Source: Azolla caroliniana (lineage: Eukaryota > Plantae > Polypodiophyta). Taken from it: DNA of 64,000 nt. Below the pieces are notes generated by a model. That model was not told the origin of the DNA. It worked only from the letters and a program-made list of their open reading frames with translations, and searched no databases. Numbering within the stretch: position 1 is the first letter of the stretch; each line of letters starts with the position of its first letter. Below, in pieces: positions 14,146 through 25,808 of this stretch. Location: positions 3,596,001 through 3,660,000 of the forward strand of contig JBHGNT010000016.1 in assembly GCA_043228905.1 (NCBI GenBank), read 5' to 3'. The position numbers and the translations under genes are program-made.

Positions 14146-15707
14146 GTAAGTTTCCCCAAAGAGAATCCAAAAAAACAGCTTAAAGCTTTCAAGAAAGTTG
14201 TCATGTCTTTGTCAAAGTAAAAAGAAGTAGACAATTTTATGTGCATTAACATCCTTTGGGAAGACACAGTACATAGAAAAATGATTTTTCATTACACTAG
14301 ATATACTAAGAGCTGAAATAACAGGAAAAGATCCCCTTATAATGATCTTGGATTCAATCCCAAGCTCAACATACTATGAGGCTCAACTGCATTTGTTGTA
14401 AAACAACGACATTATTCATCAGCCCAGAAAAAGTATTTGTCTTTCTCTTACTGACTTATGCTTATCTTTTCATTTGAACTAGCCGACTTAAGCCAACACA
14501 CAATTAAGATGCATAGTGTCCTCTCTCATCACAAATAAAGCATTTCCCTTGCTTTCCTAATGGAATTTGGTTTTGATCCTTGCCGCTACCAAAATCCTCC
14601 TTGAATAGCTTCTTGAACTTGAGAGCTTTCCACCCAAATATTTATTGTCATTTGAAGAATTAATTAGGAAATACTCCCCAAAAAAACTATTTTGACTTGA
14701 CCTCTACTTTGTTGCCCTGAAATCTCATTGCACTTCCTTGCAGCAAGCCATTGGTCATGGATACACCCTCATTCAAATTGTGTAATAATTGTCACATTAG
14801 TCTTTGTCACAGAGTCCATAATTTCTCTGCTTATATCATAATATTAATTTTCCATCATTACAGACAATGTCCTCAAAGAGGTGAGGTGCAATAAGGTTTC
14901 TAGAAACTATTATAGTTTTCTAGATTTTGCCAAGTTCCACATCAACTTGTGACAAGTTGTCAGGGATCCAACTCAAAAGTGTTTGTCAAATATGCAGATG
15001 AGTAAACTATTTGGATTGGCCACATGAGGAAATTGACATTGCTCCAACCGTGTGATTCTTCATTCCAATGCATTATCATTTAAGAAGTTGGTTTCCTTTA
15101 GCACTTTTGAGGATTCGGTGAAGTTTCCCCCTTCAGTAGGCTTGTTCAAATTGTTATATAAAATTTAAATCTTCCTCATAATTCTCTTTTATTTCTCACA
15201 GGTGTCGAGAGATCATAAATAGGTGTCTGTAAAAGTGGCGCTCCACCATGTATATTTCCTAAGACTCTATCATAAGAATTCTTTCATCCGCATTAGAACT
15301 ACCCAGGTATGGTTGAGGAAAACCAGTGGTTCTAAAATGTCTTATATGGAATCTCGAATGCTTCTAAGGGAGCTAGACTGCTAAAAAACAAGGAGCTATG
15401 ATATGCAAATAGCCCCATAAACTGTCAAGCCTTTCAATATTTCTCATACCAAAATATGCAATTGTCACGAACTCCCCTAATGTTAATTGGATCTAACACT
15501 TACAAATCCCAGGGCTTCTGTGTCATTGTGACCTTCATTCTTCTGATCTAGGGATAGTGGGGCCTCAGCCATTCCACATTTTCCATGCAAAGTCTTCTTG
15601 CTCAATTTAAGATTCCTATGAGAGAAAGTAAAAATAAATAATGATAAGTCATTAAGCTATGTCACAAAGAAAAAACTAAATAACGCCTTTTTGTGAAACC
15701 TTGGTCT

Positions 15708-15965
15708 CTTCTCTGGCTAGGTCCATGTGCTAACTATAGCCATGGAAACAATCATCAGCAATGACCATCAAATAGTAGATGAACTGAACTACTCTAGCCT
15801 TAAGAAGCCTTAATAATGTTATTATGTGTATGCTAACTTCTCTGGCTAGGTCCATGTGCTAACTATAGCCATGGAAACAATCATCAGCAATGACCATCAA
15901 ATAGTAGATGAACTGAACTACTCTAGCCTTAAGAAGCCTTAATAATGTTATTATGTGTATGCTAA
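15708..15965. repeat. Apparently perfect 2 x 129-bp tandem duplication (intronic)
   Basis: CTTCTCTGGCTAGG...GTGTATGCTAA begins at 15708 and again at 15837. Confidence 0.95.
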
Positions 15966-16421
15966 TAGCACAATTGATCCTACTGTACCATAAATTAACC
16001 CTTAATATTGTATGTTCATATGTTCCCATGAAATATGTTTCACGCAACTTTTGGTCTATATCCAAACCATCACAATCCAATGTGTGTTTAAAACCCATCA
16101 AATACTTAAACATCCTACTCTAGCCTAAATTAAGATACAAAAGTGTGATTATGCAAATAACATCACATATAAACACAGGAATATAATCTAAAGACATCTT
16201 CAGAGGCTACAGAATAGCTGATGAGACTACTCTACCATAAACTAATATCTAACAATGTACAATGTGGCCAATCCAAATAGTTTACTCTACCATAATCTAA
16301 AAGTGATGATCCTACTCTTGACTAAACTAGCCTCTGATAATCTAATGATGAATATATTAATAACATGGGCACATGAAATGAAAACATTACTGAAAACCAA
16401 CTTTATGGGGGGGATACTGAC

Positions 16422-17261
16422 CTTTTTCAAAGTATGCGCAATAAGTTTACTTTGAAGTTTGCCCAGGTGATCTAAACAAGCTCTTGCACACCGAAAAGCA
16501 TGTTCTTGCATTGAGGCAGACATGTCCGCTGCCTTTATCCGGACCCGGAGCTCATTTGCCAAAGCATCTATATCAATTTGTGGTGTAACCTCTTCATAAA
16601 CACGATCAGGTGGTGAATCCAATGATGTCATTTCCATCTGTAGAAACTTAGAGTTCATTTCCATGGGTAGAATCTTAGGTTCTATTTCTAAAGGAAGAAA
16701 CTTAGGGTCCATTTCCGTGGGTAGAAACTTTGGATTCATTTCCATGGGTAGATAATGAGGATGCATTTCCACTACGTCCAATCCTTTCACGCTACTACTT
16801 TTCATCCTTGATGATGATAATGAACATGATCTCTCTAACATTCCACATATGATTTCCTTGTGATGCTCTGGTGAATCTTCTCTGATGTGATTCTTCTTCT
16901 TGTTGCTATTGCTGTTGTTATGGTTATTAAAGATTTCCTTATCTGATAAGAAACCTTTGAGAGACTGTTCATTTGGAAAGTAATACTCTTCTTGTTGTCG
17001 TTGTTGTTGTTTCAAACCATTCTTTTCATCCTCGTTTTCAAATCTAGTGTCTGAAGCTACCACTTTCTCTGGAATCATCATCTTCTCTGCTACAGAAGAA
17101 GATTGCTTCTCTTCTCTGATAAAATTAGGATTAGGGTTTTGATCTCTTTGTTGGACCCTTCCTTGCCTAACTTTAGCTTCATATTTCTGAATCCTTGCAA
17201 CAAATCTGCTTCTCATAGCTGCATTCATCATGCTAGCAGCTCTCGCATGTCCAGAATCCAT
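16422..17261 (-). CDS. Dynein light chain type 1 (LC8 family) protein with long N-terminal extension, exon 1
   Basis: First ATG at 17261 (the ORF track starts at an upstream TTG). Ends VRIKAADMSASMQEHAF...LIAHTLKK|GTCAGT, phase 0, joining exon 2 across a 4670-bp intron for a 333-aa product. Confidence 0.9.
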
Positions 17262-20152
17262 GGGGGAAACCCTAAGAAAAGAGGAAATACTCAAATATGG
17301 AAAAACCTAAACGCAGAACGCCTCAAATCTTTAAACCCACCTAACTTTATGGCCCAGAGCAGACACCACAAGCCTTAATTTGAGGATCCTAGCAGATAAA
17401 GACGCAAATGTAAAACACAAATCTTGAAAACCCTGACGAAGAAACCAAAATCTGCACTACCCTACAACAGGAAGACAAGACCCTATTTCTGAAAACACTA
17501 GCAGAGGAAAAAGAGAACTCAATGTTGCAAATCTGGAAACCCCAAATATTGCATAGAGAAACCCCAAAATCTGACAGAGAAATATAAAGCCTAAACTTGA
17601 AATTTCTAGCAGAGGAAATCCCTCGATCTAGGAAATGGAGGGACCTAATATTGGGAGCCTAGCAGAAGGGCAGATGGGCATAACAGAGAAAAAGGGGGGG
17701 ATAGTTTCTGGTGTTAGGAGCTGCTGATGGTGTCTTCAACAAGAACAAAAACAGATGAGGAGGAGGAGGAGGAGGAGGAGGAGGATCCATGGTGTGTCCT
17801 TTCCTTGCTCAGACACAATATGAGTGTTTCCTCTGCAAATGCTACAGTTCTTACCAATAGTCTCACTCCTCCTCTTCTTGTTCTTCTTACACCAAGCATG
17901 TGGGCTCTACTGGCTTTTTTAGCATATGTGGATTGGAGGAGGAGGGGTTTCCTATGCCACCACACATCTCCTTCAGGACCATGCCAATGTATTGTACATA
18001 TCCTATCAAGAGTCCGATCCAACAGACCCATCATCTGTTGTAGACCCATCATCTGTTATCGTCCCTCCCTCTCTCATGAATCTTGAAAGACCTGCAAAGA
18101 ATAACCCATCCTCGTCCCCCACGAAATCAATCATCCGTCGCAAGCCGGTCGAAGTGGCCTGATCTCATTGAAAAGCGGGGATTATGTCTGCCAGGAATTA
18201 TTTTTATGTCTATCTTGCTCTAATAAGATAGCAATTGGGGTACACACAAACGTTTCCATGAGCCATGGATCCGCGCATTGCATGGCTTGGTGGACGGATA
18301 TACATTTATCCTATTATATGTGGCACGAATTCATTGGTCGCTATCAAAGTGGCACTTGAGCGCCCAACTTGTTGTACAAGGGCCCGACTCAATGAAAATA
18401 CACAATGGTGTGGCACAAAAATCATTAGCCCCAAGGAACATACATTCGAGCATGAATCACATTATCACTTACATTCAACACAAAGGGAGAAAATCCACGA
18501 CTACATGGCAAACAATAACTGGCACAACAATAGAAATGGGCCACATAGTGATTGCACGTACTTGTGTCCAAACAATAGTTCACAATGACATGATACAAAA
18601 TCATTGGTCATAAGAATAGTATTTGGGGTCACATCATGTAGTAAGGCCCGATTTATATGTGAACATACGCATTGGAATCCAAAGTGTAGAAACAATTATG
18701 TATGGATCCTAAAAATGTCATGCATCGATCATGTTGAAATCAAGTTTGGTTCATACTTACTACACATAATCACTCCCATCACAAAATTACATTTAGCCAA
18801 ACATAAAATTGCATTAAGAATGGTGTCGCATTGATTACCTAGAAGGAAATCCATGATGATTTGGCAAGACAAAATCGTTGGTTGTGGGTAAAGTAGGGCA
18901 AGGCGAAATCATTGGTGATGAGTATAGTGGGAGACAAAATAATGGGTTGCAAGAGAATTCAGGCAAATAACCTATTTCAAACTAAACAATCGAAGGAAAT
19001 AACGTTGATGTTACAAATTCCCATCGAAGTGAAGTGGACAACATTAATGCACACAAGTTCAAACTAAACAACATGGCGGAAATCCATTTTGATTTAACAC
19101 AAAATCATCAATCTCACTCACTAGACAAATGTGAACGTCTTCGTGTAAAGCATAACAAAAAGAACTACAAGCAAGGAAGTGTTCCACGTATGCATATCAA
19201 ACCCAAACAAGGCTATTCAACAACTAGTCTCATCTCCATTCTATGTGAATCATTGGATTCTTTCTTACATATGGTAATCTTAATTTGCACCCAAATAAAT
19301 TCGTATCCTCTTGCAAAGCTTTCGGGAAATTTGAATCTTTTTGGTAGATCTTTGTGATTCAACCAAAATTGTCCTCACACTAAATAAATTCCAACCTCGG
19401 TTCTCTTTAATAGTGGGTCCATCTCGTTGCTTTAGAATTGGAGGGCATAAGTATGCCCTCCATTTGCCCAATTGTTGGTCGTCTTCTTCATTGTCATAGT
19501 GACACTGGCACGTGACCGCTACTTAAAAGTTGATCACATATTTATCTAAAAACTCAATAAAACCATATTGGGGCACACCAAGATGTAATAATTCATACTC
19601 ATGCTATACTTTTTACCAGCATTGCATGAGAAAGGCAATGTTATTGTTTCCAATAGTGAGTGCATTGTGAAAATGAATATGTATAATAGCCATGTTGTAA
19701 TGAGAAACTATCAATCTTTTATTCTCTTAGATAAGTGCAAACATGGGGAAGGGAGTACTTTTGTTTCCAACCCTTGGGGGTTGTGGAAAACTGAACTTGT
19801 ATAAGTTTGCACGATCCTTTGATAAGATAAAATGATTTTGGATTCACTTACCTTGGACGAATGTAGTGCTATTATGCCAATAGAAATTATTGATAAAGGT
19901 GCATTTTCGGGACAAATTTTGTGCAAAATTTGGATTTGATTAGCTTGGATAAGTACAAAGGCAATGGTTTTTTGTCATGCTACTATTTTGCGACAGAAGT
20001 ATTTATAAAGTCATGAGTATCAATTGGTGGATAGAAATAAAAACATGATTGGTTGTACAACCAATATGGGGCTTACTAGGTTTAAGTTCATGACCCAAAC
20101 CCTAACAATCGTCGCTTACCTTAAGAACAAAGTCTTGTTATAGCAAAAATAA

Positions 20153-20418
20153 TTGTACCAAACATAGAGGTAGGTGCTGAATTGTGAAGTGATTGGAGGG
20201 TGTCTTTGCTGAATGTGGGTTGTGTGAGGCTCATGTTGAGGGGAGTATGTCAAGTAATTCTGTGACGAGGCTTTGTTGCTTCATTTATACATGATGTTTT
20301 CTTGTAGCCATTGCAAAGTGGCTTGTAACATACGAGTTATATATTATCCTATGTACTTTTTCTTAACTAATGGAAGTAGAATTTTTTTTGGAAAAAAGAA
20401 AAAAGAAAAAAGAAGAAG
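20153..20418 (+). mobile_element. 5'-truncated LINE 3'-end copy with 24-bp target-site duplication
   Basis: AAAGTCTTGTTATAGCAAAAATAA at 20129-20152 and 20419-20442; A-rich tail; body matches 46719-46990. Confidence 0.88.
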
Positions 20419-20986
20419 AAAGTCTTGTTATAGCAAAAATAACTATTGGCAATGCAATTAAGTTTTAGAATTTAAGAAAATATAATTTGTGATGCTAACT
20501 TTCTACTCTTTACAATTTGTGAATTTATATGTTGTAAAGCTATTATTTAAGAGCAGCTTAGTAGTGTGCTGGATCACAAACTAAAAACGTGAAGTGTTTT
20601 TACATGGATGCACAATCAAAACCATGACCTCAATGCTCAAAACCCAATACTTACAATACATTGTGATGTTAAGGTTTTTAAAAATTTTGCTTTAAACTAG
20701 TATTGTGAAAATCTCTAAGTAATAAAATTTGGCGATGTTTAAAGGATATTACTTTACTAATGAATGTCATAATTGAGAGTGCACACTATGCCAATGAGAA
20801 ATCCATGCGATGATTGGCTTTGGTTGAAGATGTGTGGAAAGCATAGTCAAATGTGATCAATGGCCAAGCATTGTATCAAGGTGTGATACTCACACTCCCT
20901 ATGTAGAGTGAGAGGGCAACATTATTGTATGGTTTTACATACAAATAGTTTATTGTGTGGTTTATACTAGAGAGAGAGAGAGAGAG

Positions 20987-21080
20987 CCCAAATGGATGTA
21001 GCTCAATTGGTAAGGTTACCCAATGGAGACCAGGTGGTCCTAGGTTCAACCCCTACTAGGGTAAGCTAATTACGATAAAA
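20987..21080 (+). mobile_element. tRNA-derived SINE-like element or tRNA pseudogene inserted in a (GA)n tract
   Basis: A-box TAGCTCAATTGG at 20999-21010, B-box GGTTCAACCCC at 21043-21053, short A tail, (GA)n on both flanks; no good acceptor stem. Confidence 0.65.
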
Positions 21081-21659
21081 GAGAGAGAGAGTAGACTTTG
21101 ACAGTCCACAAGGAGGCCAAATTGACATTTTTGACCAAATAAACATATCATCTTGTATTTGGCCCCTTGTTAAAAAGGGCATTATTGTATTGTATAGTAA
21201 AAATTGTCTGTTATAAACTCTCTATGTGAATAATGATGACAAATATGTGCTCATTGTTCTAAGCATGAAATTGGAATTATCATGCTTGTCCAACAAGTCA
21301 TCATAATATTCCAAATTTTGTCTTGTGATGAGTGTTAACATCTCGCCAGTTTTGACATTATAATATCTTCACGATATTTATCTTCCCATAATATGTAATC
21401 CCTATTCAATTTCTAGACGAAGATTTTGCAGAAATGTTGGCAATAAAGGATAAGGAAATGTTTACAGTTTAAGGGATGAATAAAGTATGAAGTTCACGAC
21501 ATGGAATGAAAGAGGGTATGAGTTTCCAATTTGCACTAATTTCAAAATATTATATATGTTTTATTTGATATGTATGCAAAAAACGGTATTGTAACACAAG
21601 CACAAGAACAGTTTGACAAGCATCCAATCCAAAGTGTAGGTTTGTGGGTTGTATATATT

Positions 21660-21972
21660 TGGATATGTTGAACATGAACATGATGAGGAAGATTGTTTTG
21701 CTTCCAGCATATGCAAATTCATGGTAGTATTTAACAGGCTTTCAGTCTAGGAACATGTCTCTTGGAATGCAATGAGTGTACGATATGATGAGAATGGGAA
21801 ATTTGATGAAGTGTTCAATCAAGTCTATCAAACGAAGGATTCATGGCTAGCCATTGTCTTACATAAGACAGGCTTGGGAAGGATAGTCGCGTCATTTCCA
21901 TCTATTTGCATTTTGCAGCTAATATGCTTTTTAAAACTAATGGAAGGATATGTTTTTTTGAAAAAAAGAAGG
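21660..21972 (+). mobile_element. PPR-mosaic plus LINE-tail repeat, copy B (short)
   Basis: Similar to 39895-40135 and to the reverse complement of 56090-56320; includes a VSWNAM PPR motif. Confidence 0.75.
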
Positions 21973-21989
21973 GTATACGTTCCCATTTT

Positions 21990-22477
21990 TTTAATTTTTT
22001 TTCCAAAAAAAAACCTCCTTCCATTAGTTATAAAATTTTGCAAATGAGACGATTATGTACAAATCCCTGAAGGGACGCTATAGTTCCATCTTATGTGGAT
22101 GCCCACTGACTCAAGAAAGGGAGAGAACGACCATTGTTGGATGAAGGCTATTCGTTGTCTTTTAACTCCATCAGAGCCGCCCTTAAGGCCATCATATTGG
22201 CTCTTCAGAGTGGCTACAATTTCACTCCATATCTCTTGTAGTAACCTTGTTGGATGTGTGGTTTGGTTGGAGAAGACTCGCCTACATCATTGTTTCCATA
22301 GAATCCAAAGAGTTATTGGATTGACCAATTCCAACACCTCTTGAGATTTGTCATTAAGAGGAGTGGAGTGGACATTGCCGCTGGAGGAGAAAAAGACCTC
22401 TTGTGCTTTTATCACCAAAGTCATCCCCTCCTCTCGATGCTCGTATCTGCCAATTGCGGTCTACCGTGATAGCCAAC
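21990..22477 (-). mobile_element. L1-like LINE 3' part (ORF2 C-terminus and tail), left half of the LINE split by Copia
   Basis: Minus frame ITLWILWK...EIWSEIVATLKSQYDGLKG...IRWNYSVP parallels the other LINE ORF2 ends in this window; tail AACTAATGGAAGG...AAAAAAA. Confidence 0.8.
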
Positions 22478-22910
22478 TATAAAAGAATACGTTGTGCGGA
22501 AGCGTGTGCGTAAAACGTAGAGTACAAAGTTCGGAAGAATGAGACAGTTCAGTAAACACAGAAAACACAAAGATGGAGAGGGAGAGATAGAGACAGAGAC
22601 AAAGACAGAGAGACACTATATATCAAAGTCAAAATAATTCTCTGTTCTATACATACTTCGTGCTCGGTGAGCAGCTTATCTAATAGCCTTGACAATCGGG
22701 CTAACACAAGTACTGACAGTACTTGACCGCTCATAAATGAGCCGACTACACAAACTCCCAAAATTATTCCTTTACGAGGAATAACGCTCTAACGGCCTCT
22801 TCGGTTTTCACACTGATGCGGCCCTGTTGTGCGTACTTTTTCACGCACCCAGTCTATGCACTGGGTTACGCTGCATACTTCGCATCGAATGTTGAGCTTG
22901 TCTCTCAACA
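22478..22910 (-). repeat. 3' LTR of outer Copia
   Basis: Matches 32925-33345; adjacent to the PPT (minus-strand TTGAGGGGGTG). Confidence 0.9.
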
Positions 22911-22980
22911 CACCCCCTCAAGCTCAACTTGAGGTTCCACTTGCTTCGCCGGATCTACGCTCCGGCTTCTCCTCCTGCCT

Positions 22981-23355
22981 TCACGCCTCGCTCGCGCTTC
23001 GACCCTTTCGGTCGGCTTGTCTGCTCGTTCGGCCTTTCTCAGCTCCCTTGTTGTCGCGGTGTTGGCGCCTCTTCTGCTGCTTTCTCTTCCGCTTGGCCCT
23101 CAGTTGATTCGGCGTATCCGAATCAAACATACCGATTGAATCGAACTCTTCCGATTCAATTTCACTCTCATACGAATTGGTTGTCTCCAATTCGTCCTCA
23201 ATCGTCAGGCCCCTGACAACATCCGACCACGTCTTAATCTTGGCCTTATCTCCCCCTGTTCCAGCTGTCCTCGGCTCCTTCTTATGCTTACAACCCTTGC
23301 TTCCGTCTTCAGCTTCTTCAGTCAGTTCGAAGTCGAATTCTCCATCCGACTCCAT
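22981..23355 (-). CDS. Extra charged ORF (acidic then basic) between outer Copia pol and its PPT
   Basis: 124-aa open frame in the element's sense orientation; function unknown, and it may be a pol C-terminal extension. Confidence 0.4.
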   Translation of the reverse strand: MESDGEFDFELTEEAEDGSKGCKHKKEPRTAGTGGDKAKIKTWSDVVRGLTIEDELETTNSYESEIESEEFDSIGMFDSDTPNQLRAKRKRKQQKRRQHRDNKGAEKGRTSRQADRKGRSASEA

Positions 23356-23459
23356 GATATCGAAGTTGAATTCTCCATCCGACTCTGCATCACGGTCACT
23401 TCCATCGTGATGCTTACCTCCGCTCCTTTCACGCTCTTGTCCCTATTCTTCCTTTCTCC

Positions 23460-25197
23460 CCCTCAAGTTTGGCGTGTCGAGGTGACGCAACCCAAGCGCA
23501 CCCGAGAAATGCCGTAACTTGTCAAGACCAAGAGGTTTTGTGAAGATGTCGGCAATTTGCCAATCAGTCGAAACATGCACCAATTCGACTTCACCTCAAA
23601 GGACCCGCTCGCGGACAAAATGGTAATGCACCTCAATGTGCTTGGTCCGGGCGTGGAAAACGGGGTTCTTCGTAAGGTGGATACTGCTAAGGTTGTCACA
23701 ATAGATTGTCATCAGATCAGACACCTCTACCTGCTAATTCCGTAATAGCCATTTCAGCAAAATGACTTCCACGTAGTGACAATCGCCCCTCGATATTCGG
23801 CCTCCGTGCTCGACATTGCTATTGTCGACTGCTTCTTATTGCTCCATGCGATCGCTGCACTCCCAAGAGAGAATGCGAAACCGGACGTGGATGGACGATC
23901 AGCGACATTGCCGGCCCAATCAGCATCGATGTAGCCGACCAACTGCGGGCCTATACCGGTCTGATATAGTAGCCCTCGGTCCTTAGTGCCGCTTTCGTAC
24001 CGTAGTACACGTTGCGCACACTGAAGGTGCTCACGCCATGAACTAACTAACCACACCGACTGAGTAACTGAGATCTGGTCTAGTGATGGTCACGTATATA
24101 AGGCTTCCAACTATCTGTTGGAACCTCATCGGGTCGCATACCTTTCCGGAATCAAGGCGAAGCTTGAAGGTTCTATCCAGAGGAGTCGAGACGGACTTAC
24201 AGTCTGCCATACCCAATTTGAAGAGCATACTCAGCACGTAATGTCGTTGGCTTATCAGTATACCTTCAGGGGTGCGGATCACTTCGATCCCGAGGAAGTA
24301 ATGAAGGTCCCCCAGGTCCTTGATGTCGAATGATGCTGCAAGTTGGAGCTTTACGCGGTCAATTTCACCTAGGTTGGTGCCGGTGATGACCAAGTCATCA
24401 ATATAAAGTAAAATACTAACCAGCCCGAATCGGCCTTACCAAATGAACAATGAAGAGTCCGATTTGGACGTTGCAAATCCCATCCGATGCAATCGCTACG
24501 TGATTTTCGCATTCCAAGCACGCGGGGCTTGCTTTAGTCCGTAGAGGAACTTCTTTAGCCGGCAGATCGCCGAAGTGTTCATTCCGGAGTGAAATCCGAG
24601 GGGTTGTACCATGTACACCTGTTCCTCAAGCTCGCCTTGCAGGAACGCATTCTTGACATCCATCTGATGTAAATGCCACCCCTTCGCCCTGCTACGGCTA
24701 GCAGAACACGCACGGTAGTCATCTTCGCAACAGGTGCGAAGGTCTTGTCGTAGTCCACGCCGTGCTTCTGCGTGTAGCTTTTCGCTACGAACCAGGCCTT
24801 GTAGCGGTTGATCGAGCTGTCGGTGTTGTACTTGACCTTGTACACCCACCTACATCCGATCGGCTTCACACCCTTCGGTGCGTCAACCAGGTCCTAGGTT
24901 TCATTCTTTGCCAAAGCGCGCATCTCTTCCTCCATTGTGGCACGCCAATTGGCGTCCTTCGTCGCTTCTGCGTAGCTCTCTGGCTCACGCACTTCCACTA
25001 CACGCGTCATGTACGCATAGGGATGCGCCATGTACTCGTTGTATCCGAACAACACAATAGGGTTCTTCTGGCGGGTAGATCGGCATAACTGCTCATTAGC
25101 CGATGTTGATGCTTTCTTGGCTGACACGGACTTCGCTCTCGAAGGCTCGTCGTCACTCTTCTCGGAGTCGTATTTGCGTCGATCCAACTCGCCCTTA
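23460..25197 (-). pseudogene. Outer Copia RT-RNase H, disrupted
   Basis: [51 protein letters not shown]; frameshifts and stops. Confidence 0.93.
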
Positions 25198-25199
25198 TT

Positions 25200-25777
25200 T
25201 GTTGGGATTTCGGTCCCTCCGGATGGGATGTCCGGAGATGAATGACGGCAAGCCCGGTTGCGGTTACGGAGCCGGATGATGAAGACCCCGGTTACGGAGC
25301 CGGATGACGAATGTACCCGGAGAGAGATCCGGATGCGGAGACATATTTGTGAATATGTTTGCCAAGAGCCCTTGAGGCTATATTTGTAAATAGCCCGAAA
25401 GTCATATGTGTATAAATATGACTTAGGGCAAACAGTTAAGTCTGTTGTTGCTCATTTTTCTGTTTTCTACTAAGAGGGAGCGAAGTGAGAGCAGCCGAGA
25501 GAGAGAGAGACGAAGAGGTCGTTGCCTCTGTGTATTACCACCGCCTGTGGTGAAGATAGTGAGCTCAAGGTTGTTGCCCTGTAGCTTCACCAGTGTACAT
25601 CTCTGTTTTAGTGATAGTTGGAGTTTGAGGACTCCCGTGGTTTTTTCCCATTTAGGGTTTTCCACGTAAAACATCCAGTGTACTCTTCTCTCTTTTGTTT
25701 TTCGTGCATTGTTGTATTTCCCGTTTTCTGTGAATCGATCCTGTTCCTCGGTTGTGGCCGAGCACGGAATTTCGACA
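25200..25777 (+). repeat. 5' LTR of inner Copia
   Basis: Identical by eye to 29893-30470; TATAAATA at ~25411. Confidence 0.97.
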
Positions 25778-25808
25778 AAGTGGTATCAGAGCGACGGTAA
25801 CACAGAAA

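Noticed and set aside
16287-16421. C-terminal VSIPPIKLVFSNV... of the 335-aa ORF
   Set aside because: Intron read-through; the LC8 domain is completed only by splicing to 11751.
20987-21080. Functional tRNA gene
   Set aside because: A and B boxes are present, but there is no convincing acceptor or anticodon stem; the A tail and GA flanks fit a SINE or pseudogene.
25752-25808. ORF-track start of the 1376-aa polyprotein at GTG 25752
   Set aside because: It lies inside the LTR and PBS; the first ATG is at 25809.
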